From Raillietiella orientalis (taxonomy: Eukaryota), in the NCBI GenBank assembly GCA_036172245.1, contig JAYWIR010000017.1, positions 1,178,001 through 1,242,000 of the forward strand: DNA of 64,000 bases, in the 5' to 3' direction. Below, piece by piece: positions 50,140 through 64,000 of the stretch. A program made the position numbers and the translations under genes. Within the stretch, counting starts at the first letter, position 1; each line of letters opens with the position of its first letter. The notes beneath the pieces are model-generated. The model did not search any database and was not told the DNA's origin. It worked only from the letters and a program-made list of their open reading frames with translations.

Positions 50140-53100
50140 GTTTTTATTAATCGAAATATCAATAGGGATTCGAATCGGTGATTTCTGGCAGTGAATCACT
50201 TTCCTTCCCGTGCACTTTGTCCAACAGTTGCGCGAACAACGTCCGGGCCGCATCGCGCTGGTGTCCGTGATTGCGAAAAGAGGAGGAGGGAGCGAGAGGA
50301 AATGCATCGGTGGAGCGAACCAACGCATTCACCTTGTGTGTCTGTGTCGCTTCTGGAGCATGTTTGCGTTTAATCATCGAGATTGATGAGGGAACGCTCC
50401 GCCAGCTTGGTAGAAGCTCTCCATTGATCAGCTTCCCGGCGCGCACGGGAGGAGAATTCGGCAAAAGGAGACGCTGCACGCGGAGCATCCCTCTCCGGAG
50501 GATCGCAGAGCGCGTACGCACGCACCGGTTGCGGAATCCCGAGGCGACGAGAGAGAGTGAGAGAGAGCGCGTGGAGTTCGGCGCGAATTTCCGGGCATCC
50601 CGAGCGAGAGTCGCCCGCGAATTCGAGTTCGGTGGGGGATCACGTGCAACAGATGGATGCTGGTTGCGAGGATTCCTAGCAGCGAGATCGAGTTCCGAGT
50701 AACAACCCCGCGTTTGATCTTCCTCGAGCATCGTCGTCTCTCGCAATTAGTTCTTAGACGGGCTCTCGGAAAGGAACGTTTCCAAGGCGCGCGGGCGCGT
50801 TGCGGATTGCCCCGCGGGAAACCTGTGGCGTTTCCGTTTCCGAGGAATTGCACAAGTTTTCCCATTTCCACAGCGACGCCAAGACCGCGGAGCGCGTCGA
50901 AGAGGAGTGCGAGATGTTTCCGGGAAGATTTGTGCCTCCCATTTGTTCCTTATTCCAAGTTGGCAGAAGTATCCGATCCCTATCGGGATAAATATTTTCG
51001 TGCATCCGTATTTGCTGGTTGAAAGAGGTATTGACAAACGCGGTGACTGATGGAACCGTTCCTGGAGGAAAAGCGGGAAGAGGCTCGCTGCGCTCAGCTT
51101 GGTGAAGCCATCGAGGCTGGAGAGGCGGCGGCAGGATACCTCGTTGCGTTGCCGTGGAAGCCGAAAACTTGATAGCTGCGCCAGAGATGCGCGAATGTTT
51201 CTCAGAAGCACGCGATTTCATCGCTGGTTGTTATGGCGCTTATAAATAGAATTCTTGCCGTGTGTTGTTATAATGTGCTCTTCGGCGTGCTAAAAGCGGA
51301 CGCGGCTTGATTTCGGAACGGAGGCTGCACCGTATGTACCTGCTTGGCAGAAATTCCTGGGAATTTCGAAACGAGGAGGCAATCAGGGGATCGCAGCGCA
51401 CCTTCTTTTTTAATCGCTGCCTTGTGAAATCGGAACGTTTCGGAATTGGATTTATTTGCATTACCGGGGGAGCAAGAGAGGCGTTGTTGCTTGGCTGCTG
51501 CCTCCTCCTCTCTGCAACTTGAAGCGTACGTGTGTGCTTGCTGGGCCGGCTTTTCCGAGTTGGCTCCGGAGAGCTGAACCACGGCACTACACTCACAGGG
51601 ATTGTGCCAGATGTTGTATGATTTCTTTCGGGAAAAATAAAATAAAATTAGCCATTTTACTGGATCCACGAAAATGGAGGTGCAATCCGGCCGACAGGGC
51701 AGTGCCATCAGCTGCTTTTCAAGTTCTTGTTTACGTGTACCTTAACGGAAAAAAAGAAAAAGAAAATCTAATCTTTGTTCGACTTGTCCAGGTAATTGCG
51801 TTTCCCTCGATGAATGGGTTCGTCGCGTTATTTAGCAAAAAAAAAAAAAAAAAATCTGTCCACCATCTTTTCCCCTATGCTCGGGCAACCCCTGACCTGC
51901 ATGTGCTGTCCGTTTTCTTTCTTTCCGCATCCTCCGTGAGCTATGCGTGCATTCTTAAGGAGATCTGCGGAACATTCTTGCCAAGGTGTACGTTGTTATT
52001 TGTATTCATTCGCGGTGTTCAGGTCCTCTTCTCTTATGGGGATGATGGTTTATCCTGAAGTGTGTCTTTCCCGTAAATTTGCCCCCGTGCTGCATGTTTG
52101 AGCCCGCGAGCCCTGTAAACTCCGCGCCCGAAAACCGAAGGACTTTGGATTCTCAGGGAAAAAAAAAAATAATCCTTTTTTTGTTTTATTTCCGAAAATT
52201 CTTTTCTGGACAGTTGAGCCTTCCTAGTCAGCAAAGATGTACGGTCATATCCTGCGTTCAAAATCGAGGTAAAACAACGAATCCGTGGAAAAAAAATTTT
52301 CTTAATATATTTATTTTCATTTTTATTTTTATTTTATTTTATTTTTTTTTTTTTTTTACAAATTTCAAAGTTTTGGCTGCTTTTTTGCGTCTCAGCTTTC
52401 AGTCTAGCCGATGCAGCGTCGCGCTTGGGTTGCCCGCGCGAGACATCCCTGCTTCTGTTCCTCCATCATTCTCGAGTGTTGATCAGATGAGGTTGCTAAG
52501 AGAAAAATTCCGCTCTAAAAAAGCCAGGACGGATTTCACGTGTTGTTGCCTTTGCGTAGGGATCGAATCTTTTGCTTTTCTGGTCTTGGAATCTCTGCGA
52601 AAGCGTTGCTGGTAGTCCAGTTGGTTGCTGGTGTACTTTACACGAGGGAGAGCGGAGTCGTTTAAGAATAAAAAGGTAATTTTTCTCGAAAAAACAATTC
52701 TGCTTTGAAAATGTTAGTAAATTAACATTGCCTGCGTGATGTTCATCAGGATGCTGCTTATGCGACATTTCGTGCATCTCTAGGTAATAAAAACGTGGTG
52801 GGAGAGGAAAGCAGGGAAGAGAGCAGAGCGAAATTTCATCATTCCTAACACACCATTCCGTGATTGAAGTTCAACAAGATGAAACAGCGGATTCTCACTG
52901 CAGACGTTCCGTTAAGTGGATTGCATCGCGCCTGGTATCTGCGTACTCTTTTAAGAATAGCCCGAGCTGCGCACGGCGGCTTGCCGGCCTCGCTCGCGGG
53001 TGCGCAACACGTTCGCTGCATCCGAGTTTACGTGCGAGATGGCACATTTCATCACCAAAGCAAACAACGCGAAATCGCACATGGTTGCGACTCGAAATCC

Positions 53101-54239
53101 TGCACTTGATCTCGAGAGAGTTGTGCAACGGAAAACACATCGCGAAAGAACGGTTCCCTTCAAAGAGATAAAAGGCAACGAGGTGAGACGGACGGTTCAC
53201 GTGTACACACATGCTGTGCATGTGTTGTGGTTCATGTGATCGTCACACGCGGATTCCCAAGCCTCACTTGGAAGGGGAACAAAAATAAGATGAAATAAAA
53301 GAAAAAAGAAGAAAAAAAAAAAAAAAACCCTCCGCAAATGCTCTTTGTGCATCCCGTGTTCCATTTGTTCAGTACTTGACCTGCCGATCCCTCCAGGACA
53401 TGAAACACAAAACCGTGCGGGGCATTCAGTTTTTTTTTAGCCACAGCAAAGAGGAAACACGCGCACACACACACACACGAAAGTGAGCAAGGAATTTAGC
53501 TTGGAGAATCCTGTGGGATGTCTCGCGGGCGTTTGAAGAGATCGGAGGCGGTTCCTTCGACGAACTGACCCGTCGTTTTCTCAGGACGCAGCTCCCTCTT
53601 CTCCTGATCGTTTCTGCTGCTGCCTCTTTTGTTTCGTATTTCTCAAGCACGCTGCTTTCCCTGTAGCTGCACAAGACGTCCCGTGGGTGATTCTTCCCTC
53701 GCGAGCCTGCCCTTAGAAGAATCGGCGATAGGAAAAATAAAAATAAGTAAATAAACATCGAAAATAATTCGCACCAGTCAGAAATTTCCGGGGTGCAACG
53801 AGAATTGCTCAAAACAACACGGAACAAAAGAGCGTGGTTTTGTATTCTTGCTTGTGCTTTTGTTTGTTTGTTCTACCAGTACGGGCCTCTTGAAATTTTT
53901 CCTTTGGGCTACTTTTCCCAGAATCTTCTTCGGTTTCGGAATTCGATAAATAGCGCCAAGTGTTTTTCGGAAGTAGTGAAACAGTCGTCCGTGAATGCTG
54001 ATGAGCAAAACGGATAATTATTATTTATTATATCCTTGCATTCCTGTTGGTTTCACTTTATTCCGCGCCATTAATGACACGTTTGCGATGATTTCCTTTG
54101 AAGCCCGACCCGATGATCGAACGCGAAATCCAATTCTTCCGAGTGCTCTTTTGATCGATCAACAGCATTCTTCTTCCTTCTTGCAGGAACGGCGGTAATG
54201 AATTTTTAAAATGAAATTGGCCACAACCGCCTTTTCGTG

Positions 54240-54274
<35 letters not shown>

Positions 54275-57200
54275 CCACCATTTTGAGTCTTCCCCCGTCT
54301 GCTTTCCTTTTTCGGTTCGTGCACTCATCGGATTCGGTTCCGATATTCCCTCGATGCACATCTCAGCCCATGTCTTCTTACCTTGCCGTTCAAGCGTTCC
54401 TCATGAGCACGCGTGCTATGTATAAGCTTAGACCCGCTTCGAGTTGTCGTGTGCGTGCATTTTAGAGAAAGACCTCGAAGACAAAAGCAGCATGTCAGAG
54501 AGATGACCCCCGGTTTTCAATTTGCTTTCCATCATAATTGTAAATGAAGGTTTAACATTCATTCTTGATTGCCTTTCTCCCTTATCACGGCAAAATAATG
54601 GTTCGTCAGGCGTGTAGCTGGATGACAGCGATTGCAAGTTCCCCCCTTTATATCTGTTTCCGGTCACATTTTGTTGATCAATCTGGGAACACTGCATTCA
54701 TAATCCTGCTGAGATCCGCTCCCTTGCAATTTAAGTGTTTCATTTTCCGAGATGCGTTTGTCCGCATGAAGATTTCGTTGTTTATTCAAACAATTTTCCT
54801 CAGGATTCGGTGCACATAAAAAGCTGCATCCTTCCCTTTCCTCCCTTAGAAAAAAGGAAAGAAAAAACACACACACACACACAAGATTCCCAGTGATAAG
54901 TTTGTCTTTTCTTTCTTTATCGGGTCTGATGGTATTCGAACGCAGCTCCACCAGAAAAGACAAAATAAATAAATAGCTTCCGCGTATGGAAGTAGTCGAC
55001 GCAGGGCTTAATGTACTTGGATGGTCTCGGAGTTTCCCATCGTACCTGTGCGAATCGAGAAAGTACGCTGAACCACTCTCATGCATCCTCCCCCATCCAG
55101 CAGCGCGCATGCGTTGCCTGTTCTTTTTCTTTTGTTCCAACGTGGATTTCCCAGAGAGAAAAAACAGCGAGGAAAATCCTTCGCAATCCTAAACATGCAT
55201 CCCGAACACCATACATCATGGATTATGATTTCATTTCTGGACATTTTTTTTTTTTTTCTTATTCTTCTTCTTCCTTTTCCCTTATACATTTTTGATCGCT
55301 TTCGTTATCCATCAGGTTGGTCGATACTCCGTCACAGGGAATATCTCTTGCTCATTACCAACTTGCTCCGAATATCGGGACTAATAGTTGAACATAAAAG
55401 AAATTCTCGTTGCAAAACAGTTGTTATCGCCAGCATGCAATGTTAAATGCCGTCCGTGGGTTGTGAACGATTCCGAATCCATTTATGCTGGAGCCCGTAT
55501 CACGCAAACAAAATATGCATTCCTGCCAGTGCTCATTAGGAAGGCACGATATAGCGGGCTCAAGAAAAGCAAAAACCCACGATTTCCTCCTCGGAACACA
55601 TGTAACCAATATAGCACCGAATGAAACAGTTGGGTTTCATTTGCTCTGTTTTTCCTAAAAGTTTGCAGTTGATGTTCTCCTCGCCTGGATGTAGGGAGGC
55701 CGTTCCTCAGTTATTTAGGGGAAGCGTCCGTTCCTCATTGCAAATCCAAACACGGCCGGCCATGCAACATGACGATCGAATTAACGGAAAATGGCTGCCT
55801 GTTGTTCCTATTTTTCCACCCAGAATTTATAGGATTCCGTAATTAAGTTGTTAGAAGATACTTTACGGTGAAATTTCGCACGGGGAGAGAGCCAGAAAGA
55901 GAGCATTTCTCCTTCCCTTCCCGCCGACACCGATATTTCCTTAACAAATTCGATTCGGGCAATTTCGATTAGCATTTCCGTGCCCGGCGATCGAACTTTG
56001 CGATATCCATCCATATGCCTGTCCTTGCACTTGTCGCTCCCGAAAACTCTCGAACTTTCTTGTCCCCGTGCAAACGTTGGTCCAACCAATTTGCGATCTT
56101 CATGAAATCCGCACCCGACTCCCCTGATCCTCACCAGCAACAAGCTGCCAGACGAAGCAAGAAGCACGGGTGAAAGATGCAAAAAAGAAAAGAAAAGAAA
56201 GGAAACGGTTCGCAGAAAGAAAGAAAAAAAAAAAAGCTCTTTTGTTTGAGCACGCCGTTTGCAAATTTTATTTGGAAGAGTTCGTGCATTTTGGTGGCGA
56301 AAGGAGCTGCCTGCTTACCTGTCCGTTCCTCTTCGTGGCTTCTGTGATCCCAAGATGCAGATAGAACTACCAGCGAGCCCAAGTAAATGAAGAAGAGTCC
56401 GCTTTCTCTCGAAACTGGATAAGGAGTGACCCCTACGTTCGAAATGTTACTCCATTACCTCGTGGATACCAAGGAATAATAAGCAGTACACGAATAGTAG
56501 CTTCTATAAATAGTCCGTTATTAGGGTACCGTTTCCAGCTATCATTACACGCTCGTTTGTTATCACAGAGTGTTGCCACAGATTCTTAAAGACCAAAGTA
56601 TGAATGGCAGTCGACAGTTTTATCATGGTCTTTACATTCCCGTCGGTTTATCGGTATCAAACATTTGCCAAACCAGCGCGGTTCGTGCCAGTTGTCTTTG
56701 GTGAACATGCGATTCTTTCATGCTTGTACGAGCACATGCCACTCTGCTCCCCTACACCGTTTTATCTAGCGAGTGGATGCTCATGAATTTTCAAGAGTGG
56801 TTTTTATTTAAAAAGCAGCGGTAATGAGTTTCTGGCACCGAAGGTTCTCGACGTTTCCATTTGCAATTTTAGAATTGCGGGATTTGCGGAACTTGCGTTT
56901 CGGAGGGATGCTGCTGCCCCGTCGCCGTCGAATCCGCAGCGTCTCAGGTTATTGGAACCGTGTACGTCCATGTGTATACGTACGTACCCGCGAGACCCAC
57001 CCGTAAGACGACGGCGAGATACACCTCTGCACACCCACAAAGACCGATTTCACGAATCTATGCGGACGTGCTTCCGGAAGAAATGACGAGGGGTGCTTTC
57101 GAGCCATCCTTCATGAAGCGCCGCTCGTATCATCCAACGGGTCATCGGGGGGAGGGATGCTGTGGACAACGACGGAATGTGACAGCCGGATTTTCCGCGA

Positions 57201-60200
57201 GTGAATCCTCACTGACCTAAAGATCGACGAAACGGAACCAGTTTGAAAGATCGCCAGTCTCGGGTTCGGGATCGCGTCGGGATCTTTTTTAATAACCTCC
57301 GAGTGGACCGGGTCGTCGCGCAGCCGAGGTGTTCGACGAGGAACATTCATCCAGACGTGTGTGTCCCCGGGTTTACAATCTGCATTTACGGCAGCGATTC
57401 CCTGCGCGCATCCAGCGCTACAAGGGAGACGGGATGCTGACGCTGGAGAGCTCAATTATTTGCAGCGTGGGAGAGCATCTGTCGGCAAGGATTCGCGCTT
57501 ACTATTTTGATTGGAATGTTGACAGAATACAAAAGCGAAGCAAGGATTATCAGATCATTGTCTCGGGGTGTACGCTTATCTCTCTGTGTTTCTTTTTCCC
57601 CCTTTTTTTTTTTTTTTCTTTTTTCTTTTTTTCATGCGTGTGTTCTTTTACCGATGTGCTGCTTCGTAGAATTTTAAATATGGCGCCGTTATCGTTGTGT
57701 AGTTGTTGCAGTGCCTCTGTACGTTTAATAAGGTCACGAAGAACGCAGAAGGAAGGCACATCAAAATTCCGATGTTTCACCTGCCCTTTAAGGATGAAAT
57801 GTCGAAATACGTGCAGTAGCGTGGTGGGGCCTTTTGAATTTCGCTTCCGGACCACTTTTGGTTCGGGATTCAGCGTTACTCCAGTTTGTTATTTTCTTCC
57901 TTCCCCCCCCCCTTCATTTCCATACATTTCGCGTGCTCGTAGACTTCTGCGGTGTCCATTTGAGATACGTTCCTGCTCACGCACTGCATTCGCATCTCAA
58001 CCCTGGCAGGAGCTCGTAACAGACTTCTTTCCGCCGACTGCATTATCAGAAGCGAATCAGCTATTACAGTCACTAAACCTGCTGAGAATTTCCACCGGTT
58101 TTCGGGACGTTGGAGCGGAGATGACTTCCGATTCGGACCGGGGAACCTGGTGACTAATGACGGCGCTCTTTGTAATGATGCTTGCGATAGCATCTTTCAT
58201 GGAATAGGCCAACTTCCGTTTCCCGGTTCATGCCAGTGAGCGCTCTTCCGATTCGTCTCTAAATTGGGCATAGTTCTTGTCACTCATTCGTACCGATCTT
58301 CATTTCTCCGCACTTCGCGTTCTGCTTTGATTCAGCATCTCTGCCTGTCACTGGCATCCCCTCTCTCCTGGCGTATGAAATTTAAACAAACTCGATTCCC
58401 AGGCAAACCTTGCGAACAAACACGTCGAAGGGCTTGGGGTTTTTCAGGACTGTTTTCAGGCCGCGCGTATTTCATGGTTATGGGAAGTCTAGATTACTCC
58501 TGGATTGCCGTCATCAATCAGAGCTGCATATTTGAGCGCAAATAATTAATAGGCGACGGGAGAAGCCCTCGTAATCTCCTGCTCCGCGAAACTGACGTCA
58601 GCACTTTGTAGCAAGTTGTCTGGCGAAGAACAAGCCTTGCTGAAATCACAGGGAATGTTGATGCTTTGTAATCTCAAATGATCTGCACGACCGTTTCGCA
58701 CGTGCAGGTAGGGAAGAGAACGAGGAGGAGAGAGGAAAGGAAAGAAGGGGGGGAGGGGAGGGATGGCAGCATGGCAGCGGCGTTATCGAAATTATCGAAT
58801 CGCTCAACAAGAAGAGTGGAAACGTTTTTCGGTTTCGTGGGAGCTTCTGTTGGACGCCCCCCTCCCTCCCTCTCTCCCTCCCTCAGGTCGGTGCAGATGG
58901 GACCAACGTGTCGGGCATTGCGTTTATCAAAACCCCCACCACTTTCGAGTACACATCTTGTACACAATTGCTACTGATTACCGAGAAGTCACTGTGTTTG
59001 CTTTTTGGAATGATGCATCAAGAGTTGTCGGATGTTGAGGATTTTGGGTCAACATTCGACGAACGGAGAGAGATTTTCATTTTATTTATTTTGTTGTATT
59101 GGATGTTTTTTTTTTTTTCCATTTTCTTCCTCCTCGTCTTTTTTTTTTTTTTTTTTATTTTGGGACGCGCTTGAGTGGTGAGTAGTAGCTCCTTATCCAG
59201 CACTTGGATTCGGAATTGCTTTTTTCCTACCAGGAGGGAAAGACATCGAGATGCGTCTCCAGCACACTTAGAGAGAAAACGCGGGCGGCACCGGATTTTC
59301 CGTGTTCGATGCTATCTGCCATCTCCTGCCTGCCGACTATCGTGGCCGTTTTACATATCACGCGTGGTGTCTTTTCCTGCTTCACAATAAGAGTTCGTAA
59401 ACGCGGTCACCGGATCAGATACGTACACTTTGGTCTCTGGCGCCAGCTTCCCACGTGTGCTCTGCTGCCACACGTAGTGAATCATCGTGTACACCTCGGT
59501 GCACGATGGATGTTTCAGCTACTGGGAAATGGCGCCCTCGTTGCACACGCGAAAATGCCCAGTGGCGCATACCTGGTGTTTTCTTTGTTCCTCCGAGTCT
59601 GGTGTTGGATTAAAAAACACACACATACACACACTAGACTGACCCCAGAATTGATTAAGCGGTTTGGTCAGAAAGTTCACGGTCGGATTCGGTGCCCCTT
59701 CCCGCCCTTACCCCCTAAATGCTGCACGGAGGAGGTGGTGCTGCTGCTGTGTCTATCCAGCAGGAAAGTCCATGTCACGCAGCTCTCTGCTGCTGTCTCC
59801 GTGCGGTGTTTGTTGATTTCTGGACAGATTCCAGACGCAAAGCGAGAACAACCCGTTCTAATTTTGTTGACGATCGCGCTCCATAATTCCGTAGACGGGA
59901 GGTCTCGTTTCAAAAGCGCTTCTTATCCGTGCTTGCCCTTCATTTTAGCTTCCAAGTTTGCTTGAAGATTGATACGGTCGATCTCATTCCATCAGTAACC
60001 TTGATCCTCTATATCTGAAGGAATCGTTATTTTGCTTCTCCGAATTAATCTCTTGCTCTTAAGTGAAGGACATCGGGTTGCACTCATGACTCTGCATCGA
60101 TGCGCTAAATGATTGTGTAGACATCGGGGAATGGCTTTTTTACTTGCCTGCTGAGTCGCGGCGTGGATGCCATGAAAATCCAGCCGACGCCACTCCACCT

Positions 60201-61279
60201 GAACTTTATGTCACCAACACAAATGTTTAACATCACTGATAATCAGTAACTTGTAGATTATCAGTCTGTTTTTATCACTAGGCTGCTCTGCTTGCAAAAT
60301 ATTGCTTCCTTGAGCTAGTTTTGTGCATGCATGTACATCATATGCTTTATACGTCTGTGTGTGTATATGCGGATATGGTAATCCACAGCACGAACTCAAC
60401 TGGGAGGGGGAGGGCAACTGCTGCCCTTTCTTGCTTTCTTTTTCTTTTTAAATCCAGAACATAGGAATTATATGATACGGTGAAGTCTTTGAGATGGCAG
60501 ATGGACGTCGGTTCTCTTCGTTTTTTTTTTTTTTTTTTTTTTTTCAATTTCCCGTTGTGATCTCCGTGAGCTCCTGAGCCCGAACGAGATTGGTAGCAAA
60601 ACCTGCAGAATTCCTGAGCTGAAAAGCGTAGATAAACACGGCGGTCTCTGCCTCTGCATTTCTCTTTCAGTGCTTCTTCAGGTTCCTCAAAGACTGTTTT
60701 TTTCTTTCTCTTCCCGTGAAAAAAATACGACTTTGCACATCGGGTTCAAAGATGTTTTCGGAGCACATATTTCTGTGTTCCGGAAATGAGGATTAATTTT
60801 GCAGTTTTCAGAGTCTCCTCGGTACGTACACGAAAATCGCACAGCGCAGAGAATCTCATTCGGTATTCTATTAGCTTCGATTCTGCGAAAGCTGCTCTAC
60901 CTTCTACTGTCCTCCTCCCCAGAATTCGGAGGGAATTCATTATTTATGATGTGATCAATGAGTCCTGTGGCTGATATGATCGCTGAATCAAGGCCAAGCC
61001 TCTTTTTGGGGAGAGGGGAGGGGAGGGGGGGACATCGCGATCCATCCATCGTTTCAGACCGCAAACTTTGCGCGCTTCGATTTGGGCGCCGTACAGAATC
61101 AATCCCTCTTGTATCCATCCCTCGCGGTCCACCATTCGTATCGATTTCAAATCATATGGAGCGACCGTGTGCGATGTGTGTGATTGCGGTCGTAGAGAAA
61201 GAAAAAAAAAAATGTTTATTTTTAAGCTTCAAACTGGAGGTTTGCAACTATTAGTCTTTCATTCCTTGTTCGATTTCAG
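47834..61279 (+). other. NK7: NK7 intron within the homeobox (13,446 bp, phase 0, between Q44 and V45)
   Basis: GTAAGC at 47834 and ctttcattccttgttcgatttcAG ending at 61279; joining restores TETQ|VKIWFQNRR. Confidence 0.95.
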
Positions 61280-61660
61280 GTGAAGATCTGGTTTCAAAAC
61301 CGTCGTACAAAGTGGAAGAAACAGGACATGCAAAATCACCAGAACTCGTCTGAAGTATCGAAGCTGATTAATGGGTCAAGCAAAACTGTAATCAGGAACT
61401 CTCCGCAACTGTTCCCCTATATTGAAACGAACGGAATCGATTCGGATTGGTCTAATGATGGTGGTTCTAACGAAACAAACTGGAGAATTACGCCCGGAGA
61501 AGACACGAAAACGAAACTGTTGGTCACCGAACCGAAAGACAGTAGAGTAGAAGAGATAGATACTGTGCAGTGCCAAAAAAGTGAAACCGTTGCAGATGGA
61601 GAATTGTCGGAAAACGGACGAAACTGGAAAAGTGTCCCCAAAGAACCAGTAAACACTTAG
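61280..61660 (+). CDS. NK7: NK7-type homeobox transcription factor, coding exon 3 (helix 3 and C-terminal tail, stop TAG)
   Basis: Begins VKIWFQNRRTKWKKQD (homeodomain 45-60, with Q50, N51, T54). Exon lengths 589+248+381 = 1218 nt = 405 aa + stop. Confidence 0.95.
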   Translation: MKIWFQNRRTKWKKQDMQNHQNSSEVSKLINGSSKTVIRNSPQLFPYIETNGIDSDWSNDGGSNETNWRITPGEDTKTKLLVTEPKDSRVEEIDTVQCQKSETVADGELSENGRNWKSVPKEPVNT

Positions 61661-61850
61661 CCTTTTCTCACATTCTCCATAGCCGTCCCACTCTTATTTG
61701 ACAGTTGTGTCAGTGCATTGAAAAATTGCATAAGTGATAAATTTTGTTGTTTATCTCTTAATCATCGATGTGCTCATGTCTTATTTCACGAAGATTTCAT
61801 ATTTACGACTTCGACGTTTTATCTTGCTGTTCTCTTGAGATTCACCAGTG

Positions 61851-61882
<32 letters not shown>

Positions 61883-61993
61883 AATGATGCTCTGAAATAT
61901 TACTATACAGGTCCAGCATTTATGAAGCGATTTTGTCTCCAAAGAGTCAATTTAACAGGGTATATAAATAGATTCTTTAATGTATGTTTCCTA

Positions 61994-62045
61994 AATAAAT
62001 CATTATGTTCAAATAAGAAATTTTTTGGTTGTGTCGTGATTTTTG
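61994..62045 (+). terminator. Candidate polyadenylation signal of NK7
   Basis: AATAAA at 61994-61999, ~330 nt after the stop in an AT-rich 3'UTR, followed by a U/GU-rich element (ttttttggttgtgtcgtgattttt, 62021-62045). Confidence 0.55.
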
Positions 62046-64000
62046 CACACGAGATCTTTTCCCCCTTCCTTTTCCTCCTCTTTTTTTTTTTTTTTTTTTT
62101 CTTCCGACACAGCAAAGCAAACATGTGGAATACATTCCCAAAATATCGTCTGCCTTCCTGCGATGGATACAATCTAAACACTTCCTCGGAATCTCTTGCA
62201 GTGTCTCCGATACTAAATTGAGCAAGTACATCAATTTCTCCCGAGGAGGAGGAGCAGCAGATCTCCTTTTCGGTTCCCGAAAGCCTCTGATATTCGACCA
62301 GGCCCACACTGTTCGAGGAGGAAGCGAGGTTGTTTTCGAAAAGATGAGAGATCCAATTAATGCGGATTCATCCTCTGCTAGCTGTTTTGACCAGAGCGCT
62401 GTTATCTTTCTCCAACCCACTTCGCTCGCAGTGCTGTGGCGTCACTCTGGGAGAACGCCTGCCCCTCGAAGAATGCAGGAAGAGGACGACGGGAACGCCG
62501 TCCTGTTTGCTAGGTTCTGTCCCGTGATCATCATCCTCTGCCGTTTCGGGACAGAACGCTCGTGTTCTATCGCTCCTTCCCCTAAGCGGGGGAGGCACAG
62601 GACTTCCGTCGGAATTTCTTCCTCAGGCACATTTCGTAGAGTGCAGTCGGAACACCTGCAGTTACCGGGAACGCATCTCCGACATCAGGCGATCCTGATA
62701 AGTTCAATCACGGGATTCGTCCTCACACTGCACTTAACGAAAGGAGGGATGCTGCCACAGTAGAATGCCCTCGGCGAGCCGTTTTCCAAGATCGTCTTCA
62801 TTTTAATGAGGGTCGCGCTGTTTTCCCTTTTTTTTTATAAAGTTGACAAAAGGATTCCACGCTTAAGAGAGGACCGTAACGGTCTCCATGACAGCATGAA
62901 AACGCTACTGATTATTATCATTATTGTGTGCCATGTTTGTGCGCCAGCGGAGGCGACGTTTTCACTTGTTCCCAGCTCTTTTCTTCTTTCGTGATGGACG
63001 AATGTTCAATAGAATGCCGGGATATTGAGAAGACGTCCGGAAGATTAACTGACGAAAGTCTAAAAGTTTATGAATTTCTGGCTGCAGAATTTTCGAGTGA
63101 GGAAAGGAAAGCTGCCACCGAGGCAATAAAGAGGAAGACGGGACGACGCTGATAGAGATTTGTGATGGCTTTTCTTTCAGAACGTTTGGAAGTGGGAAAA
63201 AAATCTTCAGCGGAGATTTTTTCCTTCCGTTCGTTCGTTTGCTCCCAAATTAAACGGCGGCAGTGGAAACCCCCGAAGAAATTGAAGGGCGAATTCGGAG
63301 CGAGCAAAGTGTTTGCAATCTGAGCGCATCTCTGATGGGGGGGGAAGCTGGAGAAACACTCCAGCGTTGAGGATGCAGCTCAAGTAGAGGGTTTGCGGCC
63401 CTCGCGTTTGTAAGGACAGGCTGCATAATGCAGGAGGGAAGGAAGGAAAGAAAGAAGAGAGAGAGAGAGAAAAAAAAAAATGATGGAATGTCTCCAATTA
63501 GATAAAAGCGAGAAAGTACTTGAAGCAAATGTGATTAGGAGTCCAAGGGTCGCATGTGATAACCAAGAATGGGAATGCTGCAGAATTATATGTCAAGGTT
63601 GCGGGGCACGGTGAGAAAACACGCTCTTGTCGTGGCCGAAGATGAAGTGATGATGATTCACGAGTACTACCAGAAGGGAGCGAATCCCCGAATTTGAAGT
63701 TTCAGCCGCAGCTCGACGGCTTCACCTTCGCGCGAACAGACGACGGATTCGAGGAGGAATTTCTCCCTTCCGAGAGGGGACGTTAAACCCTCTCGCGAGT
63801 GGGCAAACTTTCCGAGTCTTCCGGCGGGCTCCGAGGACTCTCACGAGGGAAGCCTCTTTACCGGTACATTATTGCTGCTGCATTTCAGGATTAGGAACAT
63901 TAGGAAGAAACGCGACGTCACAGCGGCTGATCTGGTCATTCCGGCCGTGCCCGGCTTCGGAGCGACGCGCGGTCGTCAAGGCGGGCCGTAAAAGAGAAGG

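Noticed and set aside
62896..63152. Signal-peptide-like mini-ORF MKTLLIIIIIVCHVCAPAEA... and an overlapping Cys-containing frame
   Set aside because: The hydrophobic core comes from an (ATT)n microsatellite, the ORF stops after 32 aa, and joining it to the next frame needs an unsupported frameshift.
1..64000. CRISPR arrays, tRNA, rRNA, operons or other prokaryotic systems
   Set aside because: No regularly spaced repeats, cloverleafs or rRNA-like sequence seen. Spliceosomal introns and microsatellites show this is animal nuclear DNA.

Overview
This is eukaryotic, animal DNA, most likely arthropod, though the taxon cannot be fixed from sequence alone. It is CpG-rich and full of microsatellites and homopolymer runs, and almost all ORFs in the supplied track are spurious. 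I can support one protein-coding gene: a + strand NK7-type (ANTP class, NKL subclass) homeobox gene with three coding exons (32375-32963, 47586-47833, 61280-61660). These splice in frame to 405 aa across two ~14 kb introns, the second of which splits the homeodomain between Q44 and V45. The protein carries an N-terminal WHAHVY...eh1-like motif and a PLNL (CtBP-type) motif. At ~4.4-7.0 kb lies a decayed minus-strand cluster of L1/Tx1-type non-LTR retrotransposon pieces: two diverged zinc-knuckle + 3'UTR ends and an RT-entry fragment. The rest looks like the non-coding regulatory landscape of a developmental gene. The most speculative leads are a degenerate HDV-like ribozyme fold antisense in intron 1, a nested 24-bp perfect palindrome, conserved stem-loops in both LINE copies, and a poly-A/poly-T strand switch at ~22-26 kb. 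I found no CRISPR, rRNA, tRNA or prokaryotic system.
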